Positions 40,552 through 53,510 are shown, counted from the first letter of the whole stretch. The stretch is DNA of 63,676 bases, filler included, from Basidiobolus ranarum (GCA_040143965.1; 22 parts of 22 records of this genome joined end to end with filler, not necessarily neighbours in it), one strand, 5' to 3'. The notes: generated by a model not told the origin, from the letters alone. Translations and numbers: made by a program.

Positions 40552-40651
40552 NNNNNNNNNNNNNNNNNNNNNNNNNNNNNNNNNNNNNNNNNNNNTTAAT
40601 TAATTAANNNNNNNNNNNNNNNNNNNNNNNNNNNNNNNNNNNNNNNNNNNN

Positions 40652-41346
40652 TTTTCAAGCTCAAGAAAAGGATCAATATCCTCAATCCAATTCACACGAC
40701 GTTTGGAGCCTGGCCCATCAAACAGTTTACGCCAGTCATTGGCATCTACGGTAACGGTATCGATACCATTGTAAGAATGGCGATAGATTTGGAAACTATT
40801 AGTAGGGCCCAACGCTAGGATCTCCTTGGTATACTCCCCAAACACCATGACCTCCTCTTCGAGTCCCAGAGCTATCATCTTCACATCGTAACCTGACCTC
40901 AATAAACCATCAGCTAAGTACAAATTGGCTTTAAACCCACCGGACGAGACGAAGAGACCGTGAGCCGACTGCATGATAAAAACGCGGAGTTTAGTAGGTT
41001 GTTTTCTAGTAACAGAATCCAAGGATTTAACGGAGACGGAAGGCATATTGAATCGGTGGTTTGTAGTGGGGTTGTTGTAAGAAAACCTTGAGTTGGTTGA
41101 TTTTAGATGTCTTCTACGCTCTTTATTTATATCTTTTTGACCGACAATTGCATCAGATATTGCATCATAGCCCACATAAACCTGGACACTTTGAGTCAGG
41201 ACTTTCTTATAGAATTCATTTGCCACTTTCTCCTTGTTCAACTTCAACAGGTTGAGCTTTTGCTGAGATGCAGCATCACGTTCCGATTCATCGTTTCGGA
41301 GATGGAATTTGTTGATGAATGCATCGAAAATATTGATGTTTCTCAC
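40652..41346 (-). CDS. GT-B (family 4-like) glycosyltransferase N-terminal domain, 3'-truncated
   Basis: LRVFIMQSAHGLFVSSGGFKANLYLADGLLRSGYDVKMI; candidate ATG at 41046. Confidence 0.65.
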
Positions 41347-43217
41347 GTTCTCTCCAAGTATGATGAGATTAGGCTTGATTTTCTAAATTGAATTTTTCTG
41401 AATTATCTGCACCCCAATTTACACTTTGTAGAATACAAGTTTTCACGATTGGATAAATGTAGACGATGCGGATAGTTGCGATGTGAGTTACTCGAAGAAA
41501 GAATCATTGTAAAGATTTCGAATTAAGGGATATTAATGGTAATGGTAGAATTTCTAGTTATATACTTGAAGTCAGATCCTTGCAATCCTCAATCTCGAAG
41601 TTTTCTAGAGTTTCCTTCATCTCCGTTAATTTGGGGATTTGTGAGTAAGCATCAATATAATGTGAAGAGTTTGAAGCATAGTGTGCATGCAAAATATCTT
41701 CAAAATTTAATTGTAAGGCCAGCGTCTAATATGGCCTAAAGCACGCATCACTTAAGAATTTATGAAATATATCTCACATCGTATAAAGGCATTAACTTAT
41801 TCCATACACACTCCGTGTTACCTCACTTCTTAGTTTGAGGGGAACGAAGAGTGGAATCCCTTCAATCCAAGTAAATTAGGTAAACGTAGTATAGTCAAAA
41901 ATTCGAATCTACTCCTTTATTGAAGTTGACATATGCTATGTTACTAGAGATTGAACCATCCATTCTATCTTAAATTTTACAATGGAGACTTCGATTCTCT
42001 TGAATTTGTCTGCTGTGTGTGTCTCAGTAAAAGCAGCTATACCTTATAGTGCTACATTGGTTCATTAGAGTAGCAGGGATAATTTCTTTTTGCGATATAT
42101 CATCATCTACTTAACTCAATACTCAGACTAACTGGGAAGTTCTCAGATTATATGATTTTCTCAAACTTGTCTAAAATACTCCAAACTTTGTGCACATGTT
42201 CCTGGAACCTTCCTGAATATATTCTGCATGTTGGTTTGTATACTTACACACAAGTAGGTTTGTTAAGTAACTCACCAATTCTTCTGGTTCTCCATATCAC
42301 TTCTAACAACTCCCAAAATACTTTAACACTAACATGGTATTATTAGTCCACTGTGTAGTAAACAATGGGCACATACAGGATAGCTTTCTTAGATTTCAAT
42401 TGTAATTGAGAGAATTTGGAGTGCCTGGATAGAGTTCTGATTAGCGAAGTCATTGTAAGTTTGAGAAATATGTATTAGTCAATCACAAGAAAAGGAATAG
42501 CTTTTAGAAGGAAATACTGAAGACTCAATGATTTTACATTAAAAACATGCCCCCCTCCGTCCCCCCTCTCCCCCCGGCCAACCCAAAGGGCCCCCGGGGG
42601 AGTAAAATTTTCTTTGAAGCAAGTCATATTTGTTGGAATACAATAAGAATTTTTCTTTTCATCCTGAATTGCATACCAAGTACTGATGATCAAAGAAACA
42701 GCCATGTTCCCCTACTCCAAGATGATCTCATAAGTGAGGGTTTGCGTATTTAGACTATATAAAAAGCTTCTCATATTGACCTTATGACAGTTGAACTAGG
42801 ATTCATAATATGTCAAGTAACTGGGATATCGCCAGTATCTATGCAGTCAAAGTGGTCATAGATTTACTTCCTCATATTGTAACTCTTTTTTCATACATCC
42901 TGACCAATATTATTGATCGGCATATATTTGTTTAAAAGAATGCGTTTAGCTAAGATATATCAACATATAAAGATTGTATTACCCGTTTTAAGTAAAACAG
43001 CAACAAAATGGAGTAATTCATCAATAAATCAGTGTCCAATTCCTAGTATTTGTGTTCTTATAAAAATACTTTCAGGAGATTCCTAACCGAAAGTAAGCTA
43101 GCAGTATTAGAAGTTATGTTCCCTGTCAAACTCTGTGGATTAGACACTCACAGGCAAATAATAAACTAAAAGAAGTTTTAATGCATCTAGCTAGCCTGGT
43201 GCTTGTCAAGTTATCAC

Positions 43218-43447
43218 TGTTGAAATTAGCATTGCCTAAACATCTATATAGTCATATATAACTTAGTACTTAGTTATCTTATAACTCACTAAGATATTAT
43301 CAATTATTCTCAATCGGAATTTACTTAGAAGTTTGAAGATATATAGATTTTTCAAAGAAGCCCTAAACTTTGCACACATGTTCCTGGGACCTTCCATAAC
43401 ACATTCAACACATTAGTTGATTTACATCTTGACAAAACTATAAATGT
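43218..43447 (+). mobile_element. Copia LTR family A, truncated by contig end
   Basis: TGTTGAAATTAGCATTGCC. Further partial copies near 19100-19250, 36560-36860, 42130-42335, 50465-50745 and 63415-63640. Confidence 0.8.
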
Positions 43448-44539
43448 NNNNNNNNNNNNNNNNNNNNNNNNNNNNNNNNNNNNNNNNNNNNTTAATTAAT
43501 TAANNNNNNNNNNNNNNNNNNNNNNNNNNNNNNNNNNNNNNNNNNNNTTTTTTATACTGGAAGCTTAAAAATATTGATAGGAGATATATTCTTCACTCTA
43601 TCTTTAAAGGGTAAAGACACACTTCAGTATGTCAATAGCTTGAAGACTTTATGAGAAACGATTATTTCTGATTATAGAACTATCAAAAATCCTCAATACT
43701 ACAAGGGTAGATAAAACTTTGGTGGTTTCTCTAACTTGAAGTCTGAAGAAAAAGATATAGCTCTTTTGAGATTCGCAAAGACTTTGATTAAGAGTTGGAT
43801 ATATTCTATGACTGTAAAAGTGAAGATAACTATGAAAGAATCTGTAATGGAATCTTCAATAGTCAAGCCTAGTTGAGTTGCAATTGGAATCTTTATTATC
43901 TTAATATGATACAGGGTAGAATATCTAGTTAAGGAAAGGATAAAGAAGATGGTGTAGTTTTGGATGGTGCTAAGGCTAGAAGCTTTTTCAACAGGGGGAA
44001 GGGCTGCTTATATAAAGAAACCGCTTAGAATAAATGCTATGAATTGGTGGCTGAGAATAAATGCTATGAGTGGGTGGCTTAGCATCAAAGTGCTAATAAG
44101 CTCACTAATAAAGCAGCTGTGGCTCTGAAACTTGGAACACATCAGCATCAATTACTGTCGCAGCTCTGTGCAAAAATTGAAGAGAATCCATTTGCTGATT
44201 CAAAAGTTAGCACTAATTTTGTGAGCATCCTGAGATCCTGAATTCCTGTCGTCAGAATATATGCTAGTGTTGATTTTGTGTTGGCGATTTTGAAATGATT
44301 GTAGTTCCACTAAAATTTGTTCAAAGCTTATGATTCTTGCATGGTTGCAAAGCTCTAATTCCGGAGTGTATGATTGAAGCTTGAATTGTTGTAATCAGTT
44401 AGGTATTAATGTGACTATGAGCAATTGAATATTCTTGTTCTTTTTCTTGGTCTGTAAAATATCATATGATAGCAATAGATAATATTCTTCCTGCCTATTA
44501 TGTGCAAGATATGATTGGAATATTTCCAACACTACACTG

Positions 44540-45651
44540 CTTGATCCAGCCTTCTAGTACACCATCTGGCGTGATCTGTCAACTAGCATGGCTGGGTCCT
44601 ATAACACTTGATTGGACACTATAAGGAATAATATGGCACTATCCCACCACAATTGGACATGATGATTTATTGGAGATATTGTGCCAGCCCGTACCAAGTT
44701 ACCTGATTTAGTATTGCCAAATTACAATTTTGGGTATCTGACAAAGCAAGTAACCTTGCAACAAAGGGCTCTTTTCAATCTGCTCACTGGCTTTTGCATT
44801 GTTTGAGCACAATAGCTGCAACAAAACCCAATCCATGGACACAGAGTAAGTACCACTATAATTTGGACCAATTTGTTTGGGTAAAAATCTGACAGTATTT
44901 CTAGGAATGCTGCAAGACAGACTTCTTGGTGAGAAAGATTGAGATATGCAGTATTATTCTTTAGCCATGGGGTAATCTATTCAAAAAAGACACTTCCACA
45001 TGTGGCAGGACATTTGTTGACTGCAAGACAGGAATATTTTAGCTGAATTCTTTATGGAAACTTGCCAAAATTCAAGAGCTTATTCTGATTGTGATTGGTA
45101 ACAAGAGTCAGCTATTTGCCAGGTGTCAGTGCTATTGAAAATTTCCGATGTTTAGCAGTTTTTCACCATTAGCTTGCTGGTGGAGAATATTGATGTTTTT
45201 GAGTTATGTTGGATCAGTCAGGTATATGCATATGTAGAGACTAAACACAACAAGATTCTTGTATTTTTTTATTCTCATTGTGGCTGGAATAAAAAGCCTA
45301 AAATATCTAAATAAAGGCATGCATATTGATTCAATTCCTATAGAAAGCCTAAAACATTGAAATAAAGGCATGCATATTAATTCAAATTCCTACAGCAGTA
45401 AACCCAGTAATTTGCCATTTGAAAATTAGATTTTTGCAATTATTGTGGGGCATTAAATAACACATGCCAAACAAGAAGATCAATACTTCACCATGTATGA
45501 ATACCATCTAAATTCCATCAGGAAGCCACCAACTCACCATCAAAATTCCTGCAAGAATGCAAGCCATCAATGTTGTAATGGTTCTCTGACAGTTTTGCAA
45601 TACAGAAGGGTGGATCCAATCCAGATTAAATTGATTTGATTTTTGTTAGCA
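44540..45651 (+). mobile_element. CACTA/CMC 3' region and right end, preceded by a dispersed repeat
   Basis: 44750-45651 matches 20780-21651. 44540-44730 matches 20040-20251, 28873-28957 and 26157-26315(rc). Confidence 0.78.
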
Positions 45652-45899
45652 GCACCAGGTGATCAAACAGATCCAAGCAGGCCCAATTACCATATTCAAG
45701 AGTCTGGAATTGGGTACATGCCAGCACAGCTCAGGAATATAAGGTCCAAATTGTGAAAGAGGGCCCAAATGGCCCTCACACAGAGTTTTGGGTATCTTTG
45801 ATGGCTAATTAGTGCCAGGGTTGATTTGATAACCAAACTTGGATTTTAACAAACTTACTAAAGACAGAAAATTCATTGGTTATTTTGGGTGTTTGAAGT

Positions 45900-46252
45900 T
45901 ACCCACAGCTTTGATGGCAATATGTAGAATTGCAAGGCCTGACTGGTAGCTAAAAATTATTCCCAATCATCTGGAATAGACTATACAGAAGGCTTTGCTC
46001 TTATAGCAGAGTTTAACTCAAATAAGTAGTCTTAACAATATTTCCTAAATATCAGTTTGGTGAATATTAAATACATGTTGAACTAGCATTTTTGAAAGGC
46101 AAATTTGTCACGAATATTTATATGGACCAGCCAGATGGATTTGTGGACCTGTAAAACTCCAACAATGGTTGCAGACTCCAGAAAATACTCTATGCCTTAA
46201 AATAATGTCCACCAGCTTGGAATAGTAAGATAGACACTATGATGGAAAGATA
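45900..46252 (+). mobile_element. Decayed Ty1/copia RT fragment
   Basis: KA*LVAKNYSQSSGIDYTE.FA; IYMDQPDGF. Confidence 0.75.
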
Positions 46253-46341
46253 TATTGAAATTATTTTGGGAGAAATATTGGTCTGGCCAGGATTTGAACC
46301 TGGGGCCTCCTTCACTCTAGCAAGGTGCTCTAACCACTGAG
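46253..46341 (-). mobile_element. tRNA-bearing LTR, partial (tRNA-like 46279-46341 on the - strand)
   Basis: Matches 51804-51892. Confidence 0.85.
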
Positions 46342-46442
46342 NNNNNNNNNNNNNNNNNNNNNNNNNNNNNNNNNNNNNNNNNNNNTTAATTAATTAANNN
46401 NNNNNNNNNNNNNNNNNNNNNNNNNNNNNNNNNNNNNNNNNT

Positions 46443-46937
46443 GGTGTATACTCCTCCTCCTACCTTGCCGAGGGCACTTTTGTATTTAAATATAACACAT
46501 CCGATGGCAAAGTTCATCGTATCATTACCGAGTCCAACAACTTCGATAAGCTACGTGAAATCATGTATTCGAAAGAGCACTGTCTGGATAATGAAGATCT
46601 AGATATTTGTTATGTTGATGATGAGGGAGACATTGTAGTAATCTCTAATGATACCGATTTAGAACATGCTGTCAATATGGCTAGACATCATGGTTTGGAT
46701 CGATTGAAACTCTCCATGAGTGCGGATTTTGTAGAAGACGGTCATGAAGAAATTCTATCAGAGGCTCGTGAATCTACTCCTACCCCTGCTCCTAGAGAAT
46801 TCATTCCCGCTCCTGCCATTCCTGAGCCTCCCAAACCCAAGAGCTCCTTTGGACTATCTAATGAATTGTTATATGGTCTTGCTGGAGGTTTTGCCGTTGC
46901 TACAGTGATGGGATTTGTTATGTCTAGAATGAAATAA
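46443..46937 (+). CDS. CBS/PB1-domain protein (Mug70-like), C-terminal part
   Basis: PB1 domain: FVFKY..SDGKVHR ... ICYVDDEGDIVVISNDTDLEHAV..AR; C-terminal TM anchor. Confidence 0.8.
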   Translation, partial: GVYSSSYLAEGTFVFKYNTSDGKVHRIITESNNFDKLREIMYSKEHCLDNEDLDICYVDDEGDIVVISNDTDLEHAVNMARHHGLDRLKLSMSADFVEDGHEEILSEARESTPTPAPREFIPAPAIPEPPKPKSSFGLSNELLYGLAGGFAVATVMGFVMSRMK

Positions 46938-49335
46938 CCCTGATCTGACAATACGTATATCATCATTAATCGCCACCTTTTTCATCTGCCTAACCCAGCA
47001 TTTAACTGATTAAATTCATCGTCTCTAAGCAAGTTAAACAATCATTTTACGACCGTTGGCGAGCACACTAAACATAATAAATCGTTCTTTTTACTTGCGA
47101 TATTTCCCTGGTAACCCATGTAGCTAATTTATAATCAGTGAATATACTCTATGCAATGTGTTATCAGAGAGTAATGAATTCTTAATTGTAATATTAAGAT
47201 GGAAAAGGCTGAGTTTATTAGAAAACCAGGATGGTTACACCTAAATTCTTATTAGAATATTAAGAATTAAAATTTGTCACGATCAGTGCCTGTGGTTAAA
47301 TGTCTTTCTCAATTGGACCACAATAGTACAACGTGCATAATAATAAACGGAGTCAGGTATATATAACATTATGTAGTAGTTCTGCTTAGATTGACTTTAG
47401 TATATGGTTAAAACGATCAAACCTCGCATACAATTTTTATGGTTTAATGAGTAACTTGGAGAATTATTATGCTGTCTGTTTCAACTCTGTCATGGGATGA
47501 TGTAGTATTAGGAACGAGACCTACATCAAGGCTACTGTTAGCATCGACCATGCAACTCTCAACTATTCAAGAATCTAATTTTCACTCTCGAGTGTTGGGT
47601 AACGTTTGCACAGAAATGGATTGGCTAGATGTAGATGTGGTAAGCCCATACTCGTTTCATTTTGAAACAAAGTACCAGCTCTAAAGACAATACAATACTA
47701 ACAAGGAATAAGCTTTCAATTAGTCACCTAACCATGGTATCATATTTACCGAGAAAGCTGGGACGAGTGTCTCGTCTTGTTGATATGAAAAGAAAACCAT
47801 TCCAACGATTGTGAGTAAACAAATGATATTACTGGCTATCAATCACAAATATTTCGGAGATACTCATCAAGTATCTATGGCTTTAGACCGAATTAGAAAG
47901 AAACGTCCAACAACCACCAACAGATGCATTCCCCATTATTTACAGCCGCTAATTTTAGCCGCAAATAGGCTGGTATGTGTAGAGGAAACCAGTGTCACAT
48001 TTGTGGAAATGCCATCTGACCCACCACTTCGCTTGCCATTTCAACTTATTTCGTATGACGAATTAGCTTGCTGATATTAGTAGACATGAAAATCTTCACA
48101 AAGTTTACCCAAGTTTAATTTTGTCATCTGTCAAACTAGATGAGCTGTCAGTGGACGAATTCACTGCAGTGTTTGATCCTAGCTTCCTTGAGTTGACTTT
48201 CCCACGACTGGCGAAAACGTCCACCCGTTGTGAGGTATAGCCAATCATCGCTCCGGTTGTTTCAGATTTATCCAGTCCAACTTTTCGATAGGCATATGGT
48301 GGGAACTCAGCAGATATAACACATGGCTCTATATTTAGCTTAGTGAATGCAGAAACATTTGGGAATGCGAAATAAATCATGAAGTCGGGGTTTTGATGGA
48401 TTTCCCAATACGAAACTTCTGTGCAATCTCTGCTTGATCATATTCCTAGAAAAGGCCGAGATGATAGGATCCTGATGCAGTGTGTAAGATTTTGGTGCTC
48501 TGGATCTAAGTTCTTTTCATGGCGTGATGAGTCAGGTGGTGCCAAATGATCAGGTTTGGAATAACCTGGATCCTGGTGTGCAATCACTCGGCTTAAGCCG
48601 AATTCGAGGAGGTCTGAGAGGCCGAAATACCGTCATAATTGATTCCGCCCCCCTCCGAGGCATCAGTTGTGCCACACCAACATGCGAAACGAATCATATA
48701 GACAGCAGGAAGATCTGTAACTGTTCGGATCTTTGAATGCTGGCAGATTGATAAGAAAATCAAGGTTGTAAGCAATCAAACTCCGGTGCTTCCTTACCCT
48801 TGAATGAACAGCTACCTGCGCACAAGCGATATCTTGTGTGCATATTATGCTCACACAAGCATACTTCAAAGAGTAGGATCCATGACTTGCCAAGAGAAGT
48901 TGACAAGCGATCGCTTCAGTGCTTCCCACGTAGCTACATTGTGAATGCTAAATACCGAATTGTTGAGAGTGAGACATATGCCCATATATGGAAATTTCTT
49001 GGTTTCTGATACGGACATTCAGTAATTCTACCCAAACAACCAACTTTAAAAATAGGTGAAATGGGCTCAACAAAATCAGCCTAGTACAAGTTGGTATACT
49101 CGCGAGTGCAGATGTGGATCGCATCAACATCGACGGGCACCGAAGCACCTACGTAGATCAGAACCATCATATCCAGTTTGCTCTGGAATTTGTTGGAAAC
49201 AAGAAAAGTGAGTTCTTACATCGGCCAGGAGGGCCNNNNNNNNNNNNNNNNNNNNNNNNNNNNNNNNNNNNNNNNNNNNTTAATTAATTAANNNNNNNNN
49301 NNNNNNNNNNNNNNNNNNNNNNNNNNNNNNNNNNN

Positions 49336-49492
49336 CTGGCATGGACACACCGTAGAACCCAGAACCTGGCTCTACCGGCAAATCTTTAGCAAATGAGTTC
49401 TTCATAACGTTCATGGGAGGCTCTTCGGATACAGTGGACTGATTAAAGTTTTGGTTTGTAGCAGGGACCAGTGGTTTGTTAGCGGAGCTCAT
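49336..49492 (-). CDS. First exon of a gene, possibly stomatin/band-7 family
   Basis: ATG start; SFAKDL.....GFYG resembles fungal stomatin N-termini (from memory; weak). Confidence 0.35.
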
Positions 49493-50049
49493 GATTACTG
49501 ATTATATGGTTTGATTTACTTGGTTAGTTGGATTTACTCTGACCCGCATCGTCGTCCCATCAAATCGTTATATACTTATTGGACTATCACTTGATTGGTT
49601 ACGAATAAAACGGACGCCGTAGTGTTACCATTGGCAGAGTCAAAACTTAGGGTTGGTGTTGGACATGTGTAAGGTTAGTCGTCCAAAAGAGAAACTTCAA
49701 ATATGGAATTCTATTTCCTCATCTGGCGTATCTGATTATCCTAAATTCTTTACCCAGATCCTGAATACATGTTTCGATTCACGAGGTTAAAATATCACTT
49801 CATTGTTTGATAACTAAGTATATACATCTACGTTTTACTGACCATGTAATCCAAATCTAGCCATAAGCAATAATCGCGTAGGATCAAGTTGGCAATGGCT
49901 CGATATTTATTGGATATTCGAATGAAAAAGCCATAGAGGGGCATCTATATTCGATAAAATAACAATCACCATATATGGCAAATCGCCACTCGATGTTAGT
50001 CAATGGTGGCATGAAGGCAAGTAAATCCCTGAGTCCAACAATGCCATCG

Positions 50050-50450
50050 AAGGTCGTAACCACCACCCATATGAGTAACTGCGAGCGTTAGAATGTTGGT
50101 ACGGTGCACTAAATAGAAGTTAACATTTTGTAGGTCATATTCAGATAGAGATTGGTAGTACTTGGTGAATGCATCCATGAGTATATTACTGCCTCTTCAC
50201 TTAGTTGTCCACAAGCAACGTTTTCTCCCAATATATCCCAACGTAGACCTTGCTCAATGAGAGCGTGATCCATTTGGGAGTGACCAATACGGTCATGGGT
50301 TAGACAATGGAAATTGCCTTGCACCACAGAATATTCCCGACATATTTGATTCAAATGACTAGAAAGTATTTAGCTTAGAATCCAATATACGCTAGATTAT
50401 ACTTGCGCCTATCCCGAAATCGTCCATTAATGAAGCAATTTCCTGCATTT
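50050..50450 (-). pseudogene. CAP/SCP-domain protein pseudogene
   Basis: LTHD, GENVACGQ.SEEAVIYSWMHSP; frameshift after SPS; LTR immediately upstream. Confidence 0.65.
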
Positions 50451-50995
50451 AGCTCTTCCATATTGAACTAAGATATCTCCAACTATTCTCAAGAGGAGCT
50501 TACTTGAAATATTTTTACCAACTCAGAAGTTCTCTAATACGTAGATTTTTCAAACTTGTGCTAGAGGCCCCGAAAGCTGCACACATGTTCCTAAGACCTT
50601 CCTTAACATATTCCAAGCGTTTGTTTCTTTAATTCTTGATAAACTATAAGTGTTGGTTTTCTACTCCATATATCAATAAGCAAAAACCATCAATTCTTTT
50701 AGTTCTTCAGACCACTTTCAACAAACTCCCAAAACACTTTAATAGGAGGGTCTTCTTGTGCATGAGTATATCTAGTTGGCCACTAATAGATAAAACATTT
50801 GTTGTAGATGCTGGAGTAAATAAGCTGTAAATTCCTGAAAACTTTCCAACCTATTATCTTTGAGGTCTTGGAAGATATATATTAGTTGGCCTAAAAAAGA
50901 GTAATGAGACCTGTGAAAATTGTAGAGCTTTAACTGTAATATGGCTAAAAGTAAAAGCTTTATTAGATTATAAATAGGGTAGAAAACTTTGAAAA

Positions 50996-51663
50996 TGTCA
51001 AAGTATTTTGAGAGCCTGTTGGAAGTGGTTTGGAGAATTAGAGAAGTTGGTGGTTTTCACTTATTAATTTATTGAGTGGAAAGTAGATAGTTTCATTTTG
51101 TCAAGATGTAAGCCAACCAACACATAGGATGAGCTAAGAAAGGTCTAACAAATATGTGTGCAAGGCTTGGGGCTTCTAGCACAAGTTTGAAAAAATCTAT
51201 ATATCTGAAAACATCTAAGTTGGTAAAAATATTGTCACTAAATTCCAATTGCAAATAATGGGTAATATCTTAGTGAAGTATAAGATAACTAAACAGTAAG
51301 CTTTATATGACTACATAGGTGTTTAGGCAATGCTAATTTCAAAAATCTCCCTCAACTAAATAATCCTATTAACCAATGCTAAGCAAAGTCTAAATTTCTC
51401 AAATTTAAGTCTAGCTAATGGGTGGGTTAATATGCCAGCAATCATACCTTCTGTAGAGCAATAAGTTAAGTCAGTAAACTTACTCTCTGTAGTCTCTCTA
51501 ATAAAATGGTATCTAATAACTGTATGTTTGCTTCTATTATGAAAAGTGGGATTGCTAGCTAATTTGATACAACTTTTATTAACTTGAAATATTTTAGTTG
51601 GTGAACTTTGAGAACAGCCCCTATTGGTTAGAGCTTTCCTAACCATATTGCTTTGATTGTTGC
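50996..51663 (-). mobile_element. Ty1/copia RNase H end, polypurine tract and 3' LTR (family A)
   Basis: NPTFHNRSKH..IRYHFIRE; TTGAGGGAGAT tract abuts the LTR at 51344-50996. Confidence 0.88.
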
Positions 51664-51803
51664 TGTTGGATAATTAATCTTTATTAGACATCATAGTTAA
51701 CTTTAGTTATAAGACATATATCAGAAACAGAAAGCAATATATCTTTTACCCCTATATTATAAATAGGAATATCTCTACATCTATATAACAAGTATGTCTT
51801 ATT

Positions 51804-52085
51804 TGTTGAAATTATTTAGGGAGAAATATTGGTCTGGTCAGGATTTGAACCTGGGACCTCCTTCACTGTAGCAAGGTGCTCTAACCACTGAGCTCCCAGT
51901 CCTTGTATGCTATGCCTATATTGCTAGGGAACCTTAACCTAGTCTGTCAATGTATGGTACTTTGGCATTTCAGCTATACAAGCAACTGATTTGCCTGAGA
52001 CTTTGTGTTCAGATACAGTCACCATACTCCATATTTTCCTCTTTGGGAATTACTGCTTGTACCACAAGTCACCAGACTTTCAACA
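51804..52085. mobile_element. Solo LTR (282 bp) containing a tRNA-like element
   Basis: TGTTGAAA...TTTCAACA inverted termini; perfect 5-bp target-site duplication TTATT (51799-51803 and 52086-52090). Confidence 0.9.
51830..51902 (-). ncRNA. tRNA-like cloverleaf within LTR (anticodon position ACA)
   Basis: 73 nt; D arm GCTC/GAGC, T arm with TTCAAAT loop. Confidence 0.75.
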
Positions 52086-52226
52086 TTATTAACCCCACTT
52101 ATCTATTATATCTTATTACACAAACTNNNNNNNNNNNNNNNNNNNNNNNNNNNNNNNNNNNNNNNNNNNNTTAATTAATTAANNNNNNNNNNNNNNNNNN
52201 NNNNNNNNNNNNNNNNNNNNNNNNNN

Positions 52227-53348
52227 GTAAGTGGGACAGTAGAGCCTAAACTCACTGGCTCTTTTGCTTTTCCCTTGGGGTAACTAACTTCCTGCTCTTT
52301 CAGTACTTCTTTAGCTGCTTTTTTTCTTTTCCAAGTTGGTAATTGCAAACATTTTTGAGGCATTTCATGAATAAGCCTATACTAGCCCAATTGCCATTTG
52401 CTTGCAAAAACACAGGATAAGCCACATGAAATACACCAAGAACCTTCAGAGCAATGCCTGGTTTTTGGATTTTCCACAATTGGCTCAAATCCAGGTGATT
52501 TTGGGCAAGATCCCACACAGTGTCCAACTTGTTAAGCCACTCATCATCAGAGCAAGTGATAGTAGCTCTGACATTCAGAGTCTTTTGGTTTGCCAGATTT
52601 CCAATGGAATTTCTACTTTTGTGTGCCCAAGCAATTTCACAATGTTGTGTAGGCTTAATGGTCCAACATGTATTCTGCTCTGCTAGATTGTCACAGTGAC
52701 ATTCATATTTATGGTGTGGGTTTAATTGAAATCCCATATCAGAATGGACAGAGGGAGTAGCATGTTGCTGTAGCTCAAGTCCAGCATTCTGAAGTTCTTG
52801 TATCATTGTTGATTGACTCTATAGCTGTTAACTAGTTGGTTCCAAATGCTGCATTATTTACAATATTGTGGTGTTATTGTTTGTCTTAGCCTATATAGCA
52901 ACTTCATAGTTATTGCTATGATTGAATACAAATCATTACTATGTTCTGCCTGTGATTCCCTTATTGAAATAATTCTATCCAAATCTTCTATGGAGGGTTG
53001 TACAATAATGGGTAGAGTAGCCATTTTGGAAGTGGATGGTCTTGACAATTTTTTGGTTGAACTCTGCTCAACTATTGATTTACTACATAATTGGGGGACT
53101 ACAATCTCTTCACTTGCACTATTGCTGGAAAGGCACACATCTGGTAAATTGAATAATAATTGATCATTAGTTGAGTTAGTTTCTGGCATGTTAGTGCCTT
53201 CCAAAGTGGATTGTGGATTGCTAGACTGCTCATCAATTAGGTCCTCTGCTCTTGCTGGTTTTCTTCCTTTTGTGCCAGCAGGCTTGGGCTTGGAAGCCAA
53301 TTTTGATACAGATTTTGAACACTTTTTGAATGGCTTTGAAATTTTCAT
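52227..53348 (-). mobile_element. Accessory ORF of CACTA/CMC element (decayed), divergent from the transposase
   Basis: ORF pieces 52854-53348 and 52300-52806; homologous to 1793-2300. Confidence 0.72.
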
Positions 53349-53510
53349 ATGGTAAACTTGATGTAATGAAATTGCTTAGAAACAGCTTATAGTAAACCAA
53401 AATTGCCATACATTACTGGAAATATTTTTAAGTCCCCTGATGACTCATCCACAACATTGTCTCAGAATCAGCTGATGATATTGGTGGGCTATACCTAAAA
53501 TACCACCTTT

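Larger units (their letters stand above)
51664..52126 (-). mobile_element. LTR family C, interrupted by the tRNA-bearing LTR
   Basis: TGTTGGATAATTAATC at 51664 matches 17448-17554(rc). Confidence 0.7.

Noticed and set aside
42547-42601. GC-rich C/G-run hairpin; similar patch at 26750-26797
   Set aside because: Could be DNA-transposon or Helitron ends, but no partner terminus or second copy in the window
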